DNA from: an uncultured Gemmatimonadales bacterium
GTDB taxonomy: Bacteria > Gemmatimonadota > Gemmatimonadetes > Gemmatimonadales > GWC2-71-9
NCBI GenBank assembly: GCA_963844035.1
Contig: CAWJMT010000006.1
Span: forward strand, 1 to 63,424
Direction of reading: 5' to 3'
Length of the DNA stretch: 63,424 nucleotides
Positions 1 to 11,679 of this stretch are shown here, in pieces. The notes below the pieces were generated by a model. It saw nothing but the letters and a program-made list of their open reading frames with translations, searched no databases and was not told the origin of the DNA. Each line of letters starts with the position of its first letter. Position 1 is the stretch's first letter. Made by a program: the position numbers and the translations under genes.

Positions 1-1
1 C

Positions 2-460
2 CCTGCCAACCCAGGCTCTATTCCTCCAGCGCGGTTGGAGGCATGGACTCGAGAGGGAGTGGTGGAATGCTGGGGCCATCAGAGCGACATGGCCAGTGTG
101 TTGGCGCGTGCCAACATCGTTGCACTCCCTTCGTACCGCGAGGGATTGCCGAAGGTGCTTTTGGAGGCGGCCGCTTGTGGTCGCGCCATCGTCACGACGG
201 ACGTACCGGGGTGTCGAGAGATCGTTCGCTCAGGCGTCAACGGATTGCTGGTTCCTGCGCGCGACTCCCGCAGTCTCGCCGATGCAATCGCGACGCTGCT
301 TGAGTCGCGAGAATTGAGAGAACGGTTTGGACGTGCGGGCCGAACCATGGTGGTCAAGGAATTCGCTGAGGAGGTTGTGGTTGAGAAGACTATGGCGCTC
401 TACCGTACCATCCTGCGCGATAGGTGGCCAAGCACGTTTGAAGTCAAGACTGAGGTTTGA
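2..460 (+). CDS. GT4-family glycosyltransferase, C-terminal part (5'-truncated by window edge)
   Basis: PSYREGLPKVLLEAAACGRAIVTTDVPGCRE is the GT4 E-x7-E motif; frame is open from the window start. Confidence 0.9.
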   Translation, partial: PANPGSIPPARLEAWTREGVVECWGHQSDMASVLARANIVALPSYREGLPKVLLEAAACGRAIVTTDVPGCREIVRSGVNGLLVPARDSRSLADAIATLLESRELRERFGRAGRTMVVKEFAEEVVVEKTMALYRTILRDRWPSTFEVKTEV

Positions 461-1481
<1,021 letters not shown>

Positions 1482-1497
1482 ACCAGCAAGTAGCACA

Positions 1498-4400
1498 TCA
1501 CCCACCGGCTACGGGTGCTCGATGCAGTACCGCGCCATCGCTCGAACGCCGCCCGGGAGTACCCGATTCTACGAACCCCGGGGCGCGCGGCGCCCACACG
1601 TCCAGGACTGCGCTCGCGCTGATATTCCCGATCGCATCCACGCTGCGGTACTCAACTCGACACTGGCCCACCGGCAGGACGTCAGACGCCGCCACGGGTT
1701 GCCAAGCTCCGCCGTTCAGCTCGCCGTTCGAAGTGTTCGTGGTTCGGAAACGTCGACGAAAGCGTAACGACGTACACGGAGTCCTCGACCTGCAGCTCCT
1801 GCACGACGCACACCCAGCGTGGGGAAGGCGACCGTCGCCGTCACCGGGCGTAACGCTGAGGGGGTCGTTGAACGGCGAGTACAGGGCGAGCCGCGGCACA
1901 TCGATCTGGACCAGACGCGTAGTCCAGCCGCCGATCCCACAACACGGTTGTAGAGCTGGCTCCCCATGATCACCATCCCATCGGGATGGCCTCGTTCATG
2001 TAGGTGTCGACCGCTATGTAAGGCTCGGGTCGAAGCTCGGACCGGCAACTTCTTGCGCGCGCAGGCGACTCGGCCTGCCCGTTTGTGCTGAGCGTAAGCA
2101 GGTCAGCGGGAGACAACGGGTCCCCGGTGCCGTCCAGGAGGTACTCCTCATTGAACGTCGGGTCTTCGTACACCCACCGACCTAGCTCGGGAATGAACAC
2201 CACTGCAGGATCGTGATCGAGCGTCGCAGCCGAGCATACCGTGCAGCCCGGCGGCCGCCCACAGCGCGTTCGCGATGATCGCCTGATAAGCTGCAGAGCG
2301 TGTAGTGATAGGACTGGATGTCGCGGATGCGGTAGCGCGCTCCCGCGACGTGCACCATCATCCCGTCATCCGCCCGAGTCCCCGTGACTGGGTCGAGCGT
2401 CCCGAGGAGCCGGTCGAGCATCGCATAACCTTCGTAGTGCTGGCCGCCCCAGTACGTGCATGTCGCTCATCCCACTTCTGCGGGCGACCGGCACGCGGTT
2501 CACGTCGGCCCACGTCTTCCCCGGCGGAAGCACGCTGAGATTGCTCGTGCTGCCGTCCGGATGAATCGCCGGATCCAGGGTGAATCGCCGTTCGCGCCAC
2601 CCAGTCGCGGATGCGCCCGGGCGCGATCCAGGTTGCTCGTGGGGTTGCCGTACGCCGCGAAAATGTCATTGACCAGGGGACGCAACGCGAGGATCAGCGG
2701 ATTTGCCAGGTCCTCGCCAACGAAGGTGATCCGCGGGTCCAGCGGCTGGGACAGCGCCATGAAGCCGAGCGACAGCGTCAACGGATGAGACGCACCCGCG
2801 AGGCTGACCGAGTCCCCGGTCGAGACAATCACCGGAACCCGAGCCTGTACCGCTCCGAGCGTGAACACGAGCGTGTCGTACCCCGAGCGCGCGATGCGCG
2901 CGTCGCCGCAGCCGCCACTCGTCACCGTCCCGTCGAACACTGCCAACGAGCGTGGCGTGTTGAACAATCGGAAACCCGTTCCTGTCGAACGCCTGACAGG
3001 CGAGCGGCAGGGTCGCGCCGGCGGGCAAGGCCACGATCGGCTTGCCGGAGTCCACTGCCACCGTCAGCGCCGTCGCCACCTGGTCGACCACGACAACGGC
3101 CTGTCCTGTGACGCCACTCTCGGGATCTCGAGCGGTGAGCAGCGCCTGCCCGGGGCCTACCGATCTCACCCGCCCATCGGGCAGGAGCGCTGCGATTGTA
3201 GAATCGTTGACAGAGTAGTCGAGCTGTGCACCGGTCACGACTGACCCCAACCGGTCCCGCGCCGTGGCAACACCGATGCTTGCCGTATCGGCGATCGCGT
3301 CAAATCGAACCTGCGTCACCGGCAGCGTGATGGAGGCAACGCGCTGCTGCACCACCACGTCGGCGGTCGCGGTAATGCCGGTCGCGGAGTCCCGCACCGT
3401 CACCACCGCCACGCCGGGAGCCACAGCAGTGAGCGTCCGACCGGAGACGAACCTGGCAACCTGTGCGTTGCTCACCTGGTAGCTCAGCGACGGCTGCAGG
3501 ACCTCGACGTTCAAGCTGTCGCGGGCGATCGGGTGAACGGTCGCCGTATCCAGCAGCGCGTCGAAGCGGACTGTGTCCAGCGTGAGCGACGTGATGCGCT
3601 GCCGCACGCCGACGACGATCGTCGCAGTCGCCGAGCCGATGGCGAGGCGCAGCTCGGTTGCTCCCGGTGCCAGCGAGCGAACCTGGTCGTTCGTGACCGC
3701 TACTTTGCTCGTGTCGACGATCGAGATCGCCGCCGTCGTGTCCGCGACGATCCGGCCGCGGTCGTCCCGGACCGTGTACACGACCGGCCGCTCGGCGCCC
3801 ACGGCTGTGAACGAGATGGTATCAGAAGCGGGAACGATGGCGGCAACGTACTGGGTGACGTGGAGGGGAAACTCGGCGGCGATGCCGTTACTAGCCACAT
3901 GGACATTGCTGCGACCGCGCCTTGCGCCGATCACGCTCGCGCCGACGACGGTGCCGATACCTGAATCCCCGAGCGAGACCGCCAGATCGGGCGCGGGGAA
4001 CACGTTGCCGTAGGGGTCGATCGCGTTGACGCGAATCGGCAGCGTGTCGCCGAGCCGGAGCACTGCCGGCGTGTCGAGGGCAACGCGAAGCTCGGAAACA
4101 ATGTGCGGGACGGCCCGGGCCTGGATCGTCGACCTGTGCTTCGGTCCCGGGCAGTCGCACGGCGACCTGCAGTTGCTGGACCTCGCCGGCATCAGTCCCC
4201 AGCACCCAACCCGTGAGCGCCACTCCCGCATCATCCGTTTGGAGCCATGGCGCGACGAGCTGCGCGCCCCGGCTCAGCACGGTCCACTCGACCGTCGCGC
4301 CCGGAATCGGAACGCCGTCGCCATCCGTCACCCGGATCCTGACATCGGACACCGGCTCGCCCGGCGCGCCGAGCATGATGACGCCGGGCCCGCCGTCCTC

Positions 4401-4503
4401 CACGGCAATGCGCACCGCCCCGGGGCCCATCGGGATCCCCGTGGCACGCGCATAAAGCCGCGAGCAGAACTAATCGGTGCACGCACTGCCTGGCTGTGGG
4501 CAT
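1498..4503 (-). CDS. Large lipoprotein with Ig-like (Big_1/Big_2) repeats and a C-terminal transglutaminase-like Cys-His-Asp domain; several frameshifts
   Basis: N-terminus VLLAALCAC (lipobox-like); Ig repeats (RDRLGSVVTGAQLDYSVNDSTIA); reconstructed CSYQAIIANALWAAAG...DHDPAVVFIPELGRWVYEDPT at ~2160-2300. Confidence 0.65.
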
Positions 4504-4665
4504 AGCAACCAGCCAATTGGCAGGAAGCGAACCGCCCTAAGGGCCGGCAGTCATTGTGCACTTAAGTCATTGTCCTATTGAGTGTTACAGGCGAGAGCGG
4601 TTGATGTCGGAACACGCAGTCGTACCCCAAACTGCATAAACCTTTGCGGTTCACAGCCGGACTAA

Positions 4666-4683
4666 GCGTGAGCTACGTCACGC
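4666..4683. promoter_or_regulatory. CRP/FNR-like palindrome GCGTGA-N6-TCACGC upstream of the Ig/transglutaminase gene
   Basis: Perfect inverted repeat in an intergenic region, resembling TGTGA-N6-TCACA. Confidence 0.5.
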
Positions 4684-4752
4684 ACGAGAAATTCGGATGG
4701 GCGGGGAGTAAAGTCGGAAGTCGATGAATTTGGGAGGAGGTCGTGTGCGCCC

Positions 4753-5601
4753 TTAGTACGCCCCCCGGCGCCGGACCACCACCGGCACAGTTAGAGCCAG
4801 GATCTCCACATCCAACCACACCGACCAGCGCTCGATGTATTCGCGGTCAAGCTGCACAACCTCCTCAAAGTCAACCACCTCACTTCTGCCCCGCACCTGC
4901 CACAAGCCCGTAATCCCTGGCTTCACGCGCAGCCGCTCAAAATGGTGCTTCTCGTACGAGTACAGGTCGGCCTCGAAGAATGGCCGCGGCCCAACGAGCG
5001 ACATGTCACCCATCAGCACGTTCCAGAACTGCGGCAGCTCGTCGATGCTCCACTGTCTGAGCTTGGCGCCGAACCGGGTTACCCGTGGATCGTTGGGAAT
5101 TTTGAAAAGACGCGGATCCCCCGTGTGATTCAAATGCGCCAACAGGTGCTTCTCGCCGTCCGCTCCATCCCGCATGGTTCGGAACTTGAGGAGGTTGAAC
5201 GGCCTGCCGCGCAGTCCAACACGCCGCTGGGAAAAAATGATTGGTCCCAAGGACTCTGCCTTGATCAGCAAAGCCACAACGACAAATACCGGGCTGAGGA
5301 TGAGGAGTGCCGCGACGGAACCGACGACGTCGATGGAGCGCTTGGCGACGCGCCGCCATCCCGTTAGGCTCGGCGTCGCCAGCGAACCAAACGGCAACTC
5401 TACAACCGGCTGCACCTCACGCCACACCTGGCGCAGCGCGGGGTCAGGCGAGCGATGCGGGAGCGCCAGAGGCGCCCACGCAACTGGCGCCGTCGTCTCG
5501 TTGCGCTCTGCCGGCAGAGATTCCAAGTGATCAGATCCGCTAGGGTGGCGGAGCAGCGGGACGAACAACCGCCCGCTCGTAACTTCGTGTGTCACCAGCA
5601 C
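4753..5601 (-). CDS. Priming sugar transferase (Bac_transf / phosphoglycosyl transferase); start uncertain
   Basis: KRSIDVV, KFRTM, DPRVTRFG, DELPQFWNVLMGDMSLVGPRP, KPGITGLWQV. Confidence 0.9.
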   Translation of the reverse strand: MLVTHEVTSGRLFVPLLRHPSGSDHLESLPAERNETTAPVAWAPLALPHRSPDPALRQVWREVQPVVELPFGSLATPSLTGWRRVAKRSIDVVGSVAALLILSPVFVVVALLIKAESLGPIIFSQRRVGLRGRPFNLLKFRTMRDGADGEKHLLAHLNHTGDPRLFKIPNDPRVTRFGAKLRQWSIDELPQFWNVLMGDMSLVGPRPFFEADLYSYEKHHFERLRVKPGITGLWQVRGRSEVVDFEEVVQLDREYIERWSVWLDVEILALTVPVVVRRRGAY

Positions 5602-5818
5602 TACGACGTCTCACCCACAATATAGGAAATCGTTCCGGTCCGGGAAATACAACAGCGTCACCGGAACACGTCACGAAGATGTCACGAATGCGGTGAGAGG
5701 GCCGGATGCGGACGAGCGAGGGTCCCGATTCTGGCAGATCAATGAGTTGAGGCACAACGACTTAAGAGGGCGACTGAGGGCCATTGACTCGGCGCTCCCG
5801 CCGAGCCGACATTGCGCC

Positions 5819-6057
5819 GTGGATGCTACCTACCGCGCCGACCTGCGCGAGCTGAACGAGCTGAACTTCGCGCGCTTCGACGCGAAGCTGGAGCAGCGGC
5901 TCGCAGAATCCGACGCGAAGTGGGAGCGCCGGATCGCTGAGCTCAGGGCTGATCTCCGAGTCGAGATCCAGACGGCGCGCGCCGACCTCATCAAATGGAT
6001 GTTCGCCTTCTGGGCGCCCACCGCCTGGGGATCGGGGTCCTGCTGCTCCGGCGCTGA
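5819..6057 (+). pseudogene. Fragment of a small coiled-coil DUF1640-like protein with a C-terminal hydrophobic tail
   Basis: DATYRADLRELNELNFARFDAKLEQRL...ADLIKWMFAFW; N-terminus appears to be missing; frameshift near 6025. Confidence 0.45.
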
Positions 6058-6114
6058 TCAGGTCGGGTCCCCCTTCGCATCGCGGAACGGGTCAGGGCGT
6101 TCAGCGGCAGGGTC

Positions 6115-6137
6115 GAGCCGCGGTCCAGCCGCGGCTC
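6115..6137. terminator. GC hairpin at the 3' end of the minus-strand heptose operon
   Basis: GAGCCGCGG-TCCAG-CCGCGGCTC inverted repeat overlapping the stop at 6136-6138; no clear U-tract. Confidence 0.35.
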
Positions 6138-7256
6138 AGGGGGTGAGGTCCACCCGCTTCAGCACCCCGAGCTGCTCCATGCGCGCATGCGCCTCGGTCG
6201 CGGCGTCGTGAAAGTCCGGCGACGCCAGCGCCCATTCCACGTAGCTCTGTACGACCCCCTTGAGCTCGTCCTCCACGCTCCAGCCGCACGCCTTCAAGCG
6301 CGACAGGTCGGATCGTACGTGGCGCGTGTCGCCCACGCGGTACATGCCGCTCGGCCGCGGCTCCGAGGGCGCCCCCACGACCTGGGCCACCAGGGCGGCA
6401 AGCTCCAGGACGTTCACCGATCGATCGCCCCCCACATTGAATGAGCGGTACGCCATCCCGGGGTTGTCGAGCGGCAACAGGTTGGCACGCACCACGTCGC
6501 GGATCCCCACGTAGTCACGCAGCTGGCGTCCATCCTCGTAGATGAGCGGTGGTGCCTTGCTGCCCATCTGCACGGTGAAGCTGCGCAACGCGCCCGAGTA
6601 CGCATTCCTGAATGACTGCCTGGGTCCCTGCACGATGGAGTAGCGGAACGCCACACTGGGAATCCGGTAGCGACGCGCCAACAGCGTCGCGAGGTCGTCC
6701 TGATCGCGTTTCGAGAGTCCGTACGCGTTGTGGGGATGCATGACGGCTTCGTCGGTCCACGCCGGCTCGACCGGTCCGTCGCACTTGGGGCAGCGATGCT
6801 CCCACTCACCCTTCTGCAGCTGCTCCTCCGGGCGCGGCCCGGGGTAGACCGCCTGGTGCACCGCGCACGGTACTTCCCTTCGCCGTACACCGCCTGCGAC
6901 GAGGCGACGACGACGAGCTGCACCTGGCGGAACTCGGCGAGGATCAGCTCGTACAGCAGCGCCGTTCCCCCGGAATTGGTGGTGAAGAACGTGCTGAAGT
7001 CGGGCAGATAGTCCTGGTAGGCCGCCATGTGGTACACCACGCTCACGTCCCGCAAGGCGCGGCGCATGCACTCGGGATCCCGCACGTCCCCCTTGATGAA
7101 GTCCACGTCCTTGGGGACGTAGGCGGGCACGCGGCCGTCGTGCACCGGGGGCTTGAGGAGGTCGACCACGCGAACGCGAAACCCCCGCGCCAGGAGGGCA
7201 TCCACGGTGTGGGAGCCGATGAAGCCCGCTCCGCCGGTGACCAGCGCTATCGCCAT
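6136..7256 (-). CDS. NAD-dependent epimerase/dehydratase (extended SDR), frameshift ~6865
   Basis: MAIALVTGGAGFIGSH, VASSQAVYGEG, YGLSK, DGRQLRDYV, YRVGDTRH; TGATG coupling with the upstream gene. Confidence 0.88.
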
Positions 7257-7906
7257 CAGTACGCTCCACGCCTGCCCAGGACTGCGGCGACGGTCTTGAG
7301 AAGAATCGCGCCATCGAGCAGCAGGCTCCACTCCTCGATGTAGCGAATGTCCAGTTTGACCCACTCATCGAAGTCCCGGATGTCGGCGCGGCCGGACACC
7401 TGCCATAAACAGGTCATCCCCGGTGTGACGGCCAGTTTCCGGCGCTGCCACGGCTGGAACTGCACCCATTCGGACTGGAGCGGCGGCCGAGGGCCCACCA
7501 GACTCATGTCACCCTTGAGTACGCTCCAGAGCTGGGGCAGCTCGTCGAGACTGTAGCGCCTGAGCACGCGCCCGATGCGGGTGACGCGCGGGTCCGCTTC
7601 CATCTTGAAGACCGGCCCGCTCATCAGATTGCGGCCCGCCAGCTCGCCCTGGAGCGCCTCGGCGTTCCGCACCATCGTCCGGAACTTGTAGCCGGTGAAA
7701 TAGCGCCCGCCCCGGCCCACGACCCGCCACGGATACAAGACCGGACGGCCCGAGTCGATCACAACGAACAGCGCGATGGCGGCAAACAGGGGAGCAAGCA
7801 CCAGCAACCCGACGCCCGCGATCACTACGTCCGCGAACCGCTTGATCGCGAGCTGCGCAAGGCCGGCAACGGAGTGGTAGCGGGGTGGCAGCTGCTCCGT
7901 GCTCAC
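7256..7906 (-). CDS. Small PglC-like phosphoglycosyl transferase
   Basis: KRFAD, YKFRTM, DPRVTRIG, LDELPQLWSVLKGDMSLVGPRP, PGMTCLWQV; GTGA overlap at 7903-7906. Confidence 0.88.
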   Translation of the reverse strand: MSTEQLPPRYHSVAGLAQLAIKRFADVVIAGVGLLVLAPLFAAIALFVVIDSGRPVLYPWRVVGRGGRYFTGYKFRTMVRNAEALQGELAGRNLMSGPVFKMEADPRVTRIGRVLRRYSLDELPQLWSVLKGDMSLVGPRPPLQSEWVQFQPWQRRKLAVTPGMTCLWQVSGRADIRDFDEWVKLDIRYIEEWSLLLDGAILLKTVAAVLGRRGAY

Positions 7907-8493
7907 ACCGCGCGGATTGATCGTCGCGTCGCGCCGGACGCGGCGTCCCGGAGCGCGTACGCCAGAACGTGATGCAGCACCGTGTGCACCGACTCCACCC
8001 AGCCATAGTCCCCGCTGGGGACCACCACGGGCACATCGACCAGCGCGGCGGCGCGGCCGCCATCGCGGCCCAACAACCCGACCGACGTCATCCCCTTCTC
8101 CCGCGCCACCTCGAGCAGCGCGATCAGGTTGGGAGAGGAGCCGCTCACCGAGATGACGATCAGCCCGTCCCCGTCGCGCCCGAGGACTTCGAGCTGCCCG
8201 GCGAACACGCGATCGAACGAGGCATCGTTGCCCCACGCGGTGATCAGCCCCGGATTGTCGGACAGCGACACCGCGCGGACACCCGCCGCCTTTTGCAGGT
8301 CGAGCGCGAGGTGCGACGCCGTGGCGGCGCTGCCGCCATTCCCCGCCGTGTAGATGACCCCGTCCCGACTCCGCACGTCGGCGAGTGCGTTCACCGCCCG
8401 CACCAAGGACCCGACGTCGACGGACTTCAAGGCCGCCGCTGCCTCGCCCAGTAGCCCCGCGAGATCGCTCTGCCGCTTCGTGCCCCCGCTCAC
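7903..8493 (-). CDS. gmhA: Phosphoheptose isomerase (SIS domain)
   Basis: GNGGSAATASH, ITAWGND, ISVSGSSPN, GRDGG, VESVH. Confidence 0.8.
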   Translation of the reverse strand: MSGGTKRQSDLAGLLGEAAAALKSVDVGSLVRAVNALADVRSRDGVIYTAGNGGSAATASHLALDLQKAAGVRAVSLSDNPGLITAWGNDASFDRVFAGQLEVLGRDGDGLIVISVSGSSPNLIALLEVAREKGMTSVGLLGRDGGRAAALVDVPVVVPSGDYGWVESVHTVLHHVLAYALRDAASGATRRSIRAV

Positions 8494-9941
8494 GGGCGAA
8501 TCCAGACCGACCGCGAGCCGTCTTCCTGGACCACCGGCTCCGTCGCGGGAACGGAGGGAGCGGCCTCGGGAAGCGCCCGGGCAGACGCGCCGGGCTCCGG
8601 CTGCGGCTGTTCCCAGCGCGCCAGTCCATCCTTGCGGCCCAGCAGCCGCCGCGTCAGCTCGCGGGCGGTTTGCAGCAGAATCTGCGCGTCGAGGGTGACG
8701 GTGTAGTTGCGGATGTAGAACAGGTCGAGGGCGACTCGCTCTTCCACCGGAAGCTCACGGCCGCGCAGCCGCCACAGCCCCGTCACCCCCGGGCGCATCG
8801 CGCACAGATTCGCGAGCCACGGCTCATGGGCCCCCAGCTCGTCCAGCAGCATCGGGCGGGGCCCGACCAGGCTCATGTCGTGGCGCAACACGTTCCACAA
8901 CGCGGGCAGCCGGGCGACCACGGGAGACGGCTTGAGGCGCCGATCGAAGCCGACGACGTTGAACGGCTTGCCCTGCACACCGAGCACGGGACGCCGTTCG
9001 AGCAACGGCACGCCGCGCACCCACGCCTTGATCCTCCAGTACGCCCAGACCGGCAGCAGCAGTACGAGCAGCGTCGCCGCCCCAAGCCGGTCCATGGCGC
9101 CCTTCGCCACCCCGTTCACACCCGAAAGCCGCGTATGGTTCAACGACAGCATCGGGACGTACCCGATGTGGCTCAGCTCGGCCGACGTGGTGAGCAGATC
9201 GTAGAACGTCGGCGAGATGCGGGCTTCGATCGGCGAGTCGGGGCGGGTCACCAGCTCCGCCAGCAGGCGCTGGCTCTCCCACGCGAGCGCGCCGCCGATG
9301 ATGATGACTTCATCGGCGCCCAGCTCGGCGGCCTGCTCGAGCACGTTGGCGGGATGGCCGACGACGGTCAGCCCCGCCACGATCTCGGTTCCGGGCCGCT
9401 GGTAGTCGTCGAGGAAGCCTAAGACCCGAGTCCCATGCAATCGAGGATTGTGCAGCTGCTCCGCCACGGCGATGCCCTGCTGGTTGGCGCCGGCGATGAG
9501 GACCTTGCGGACCAGGTAGCCCCGCCGCCGCGCCCACAGCGCCGCCTGCCGCCACAGCAACCGGCCGAGCGAGAGGCAGCCGATGGCGCTCGCCCATGCC
9601 GCCACGAGCCAGCCCCGCGAGACGAGGGGCGGCCCGCCGCCGAAGTAGCTCAACACGATGACGGTCAGCACGCCGTACGTCGCCACCGTGGCGATCACCG
9701 GATACACGCGGTGGCCGCCGAACAACGCCCAGCGCCGGTACATCCCGAGCTGCCAGCCGAGCGCCACCGTGAGCACCGCGACCGCCAAGGCGAGCAGCGG
9801 ATACACCGGCCACAGGACGCCGGCGACCTGGATTTCGCCGAATCCAAACCGCGCCCCGGCGGCCAGGGTGTAGGCGACGATGACCGCGAGCACGTCGCCC
9901 GCGATGACGCCTATGCGGAGGCTGCGCCAGTGACGATCCAT
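8490..9941 (-). CDS. WcaJ/WbaP-like membrane protein with a degenerate catalytic domain
   Basis: Four N-terminal TM helices, Rossmann-like VLIAGA segment, DMSLVGPRP and RPGVTGLW kept; KFRSM and DELPQ replaced (GFDRR, ARLPAL). Confidence 0.8.
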   Translation of the reverse strand: MDRHWRSLRIGVIAGDVLAVIVAYTLAAGARFGFGEIQVAGVLWPVYPLLALAVAVLTVALGWQLGMYRRWALFGGHRVYPVIATVATYGVLTVIVLSYFGGGPPLVSRGWLVAAWASAIGCLSLGRLLWRQAALWARRRGYLVRKVLIAGANQQGIAVAEQLHNPRLHGTRVLGFLDDYQRPGTEIVAGLTVVGHPANVLEQAAELGADEVIIIGGALAWESQRLLAELVTRPDSPIEARISPTFYDLLTTSAELSHIGYVPMLSLNHTRLSGVNGVAKGAMDRLGAATLLVLLLPVWAYWRIKAWVRGVPLLERRPVLGVQGKPFNVVGFDRRLKPSPVVARLPALWNVLRHDMSLVGPRPMLLDELGAHEPWLANLCAMRPGVTGLWRLRGRELPVEERVALDLFYIRNYTVTLDAQILLQTARELTRRLLGRKDGLARWEQPQPEPGASARALPEAAPSVPATEPVVQEDGSRSVWIRP

Positions 9942-10981
9942 CGTCCCTCAGGATAAGTGAGGCCGGGCACATCCGGCATCGAATTCACGAGCACCTGGGC
10001 TCCGCCGTCGTCGAAATGGAATCCGAGCCGTGCCAGACCCTCGGCTTCGAGCACGCGGGTCACCGCCGCCTGATTCTCAGGCTCACAATAGAGAAGGAAG
10101 AATCCTCCCCCACCCGCTCCGGCGATCTTGCCGCCGACCACCCCGTGCTCGAGCGCCAGCTGATAGAGCCGGTCGATGCGCTCGTTCGAGACGCCGCGGG
10201 CGAGCTGCTTCTTGCGCTGCCATGAATCGTGCAGGATCTCGCCCACGCGCCGCAAGCGTCCTTCCTCGAGCGCCTCGCGGACCTCCAACGCGTCCCGCTT
10301 GATGCCGTGCAAATTCTCGATCACTCTGGGGTCTTCGCTCGCCGACGCCTGGCGCTGCTCGGTGAGAATCGTAGCCGCGTTGCGTGAGGATCCCGTGAAG
10401 AACAGTAGAATGTTCTGCTCGAGGCGGCTGCGAATCTCGAGCGGCAAGCGCAGCGGCGTGACGGTCGTGCCGGTGGGCTCAAAGTGGATGCAGTTGAGCC
10501 CCCCGAACGACGTGGCGAACTGGTCCTGCAGGCCGATCGGCCGGCCCAGCTTGACGATCTCGATGTACGACGCCAGCTCGGCGGTCTCCTGCTTCGATGC
10601 GCGGCGCTGACACAGCGTAGCGAGCGCTTTGACCAGCGCGACCGCGACGGTGGACGAGCTGCCGAGCCCGGTGCCCGGCGGGATTTCACTCGCGGTAAAG
10701 ACGGCCAACCCCCGGCGCACTCCAAATTCGTGCAGGATCGCCTTCAGGTAACCGAGATCCCCTTCGAGGGACAGCTCTTCACCCGCGGCGCGGCGCTCGA
10801 ACGTACGAAAATCGGAGGACGTGATCTGCACCGCATCATCGTTGGTACGGCTCAGGAATACGTAGAAGTACTTGTTGATGGTGGCGCTGACGACGAGCCC
10901 GCCGTGCTTGGCGTAGTACGCCTCGAGGTCCGTCCCTCCGCCCGCAAACGAGATCCGGAGCGGCGCGCGCGCGATCAGCAC
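9911..10981 (-). CDS. hddA: GHMP sugar kinase, D-glycero-alpha-D-manno-heptose 7-phosphate kinase-like
   Basis: RAPLRISFAGGGTD, IPPGTGLGSSS, GLQDQ, GGKIAGAGGGG. Confidence 0.8.
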   Translation of the reverse strand: MLIARAPLRISFAGGGTDLEAYYAKHGGLVVSATINKYFYVFLSRTNDDAVQITSSDFRTFERRAAGEELSLEGDLGYLKAILHEFGVRRGLAVFTASEIPPGTGLGSSSTVAVALVKALATLCQRRASKQETAELASYIEIVKLGRPIGLQDQFATSFGGLNCIHFEPTGTTVTPLRLPLEIRSRLEQNILLFFTGSSRNAATILTEQRQASASEDPRVIENLHGIKRDALEVREALEEGRLRRVGEILHDSWQRKKQLARGVSNERIDRLYQLALEHGVVGGKIAGAGGGGFFLLYCEPENQAAVTRVLEAEGLARLGFHFDDGGAQVLVNSMPDVPGLTYPEGRWIVTGAASA

Positions 10982-11679
10982 CTCAACCCCCGCGCCAGCT
11001 CGAGCCGCTCATGCGAGCCGAAGTCGAGCACCATCTCCTCCGTCGGGCTGGCGAGCAAATGGCAGCCGCCGCGCAGCATCGCGGGGAACAGGTCGTGGGC
11101 AAAGTCTTGCGCGCCGGCGGGCGACAGGTACCGCAACACGGCGGGGCCGCACACATAGATGCCGGCGTTCGCCCACGGGGAGAATACTGCGTCGGCCCGG
11201 GGCTTCTCCACGAACCGCGTGATGCGTAGCGTCTCGTCGAACGCGACGATCCCGGCACGGGTCGGATCGTCCACCCGGGTGAGTACGACGGTCGCATCGG
11301 CGGCGGCCGCGTGGTGCGCCTGGAGCACGGGAGCGAGATCGAGATCGGTGAGGACGTCACCATAGAGCACAACGAAAGCGTTTGCCGGCCGCAAGAACTC
11401 GCGCAACGGCCGCAGCGCGCCGGCGGTGCCGAGGATCTCGGTCTCGAGCGAGTAGGTCACCTGAACGCCGAACCGCGACCCGTCGCCCACGAACTGGCGC
11501 AGCACGTCGGGATGCGCGTGGAGGTTGATCGCGACGTCGGTCACGCCCTGACGCCGCAGCCAGCGCAGCGCGTGCGCGATCGCCGGCTCTCCTCCTATTT
11601 CCACCATCGGCTTCGGCCGGTCGTCCGTCAGCGGGCTCAGCCGCGTTCCGTGTCCCCCGGCGAGCAACAACGCCTTCAC
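10975..11679 (-). CDS. Sugar-1-phosphate nucleotidyltransferase (HddC/guanylyltransferase-like)
   Basis: LLAGGHGTRLSPLTDDRPKPM, LGTAG, YGDV, FVEKP, NAGIY. Confidence 0.85.
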   Translation of the reverse strand: MKALLLAGGHGTRLSPLTDDRPKPMVEIGGEPAIAHALRWLRRQGVTDVAINLHAHPDVLRQFVGDGSRFGVQVTYSLETEILGTAGALRPLREFLRPANAFVVLYGDVLTDLDLAPVLQAHHAAAADATVVLTRVDDPTRAGIVAFDETLRITRFVEKPRADAVFSPWANAGIYVCGPAVLRYLSPAGAQDFAHDLFPAMLRGGCHLLASPTEEMVLDFGSHERLELARGLRC

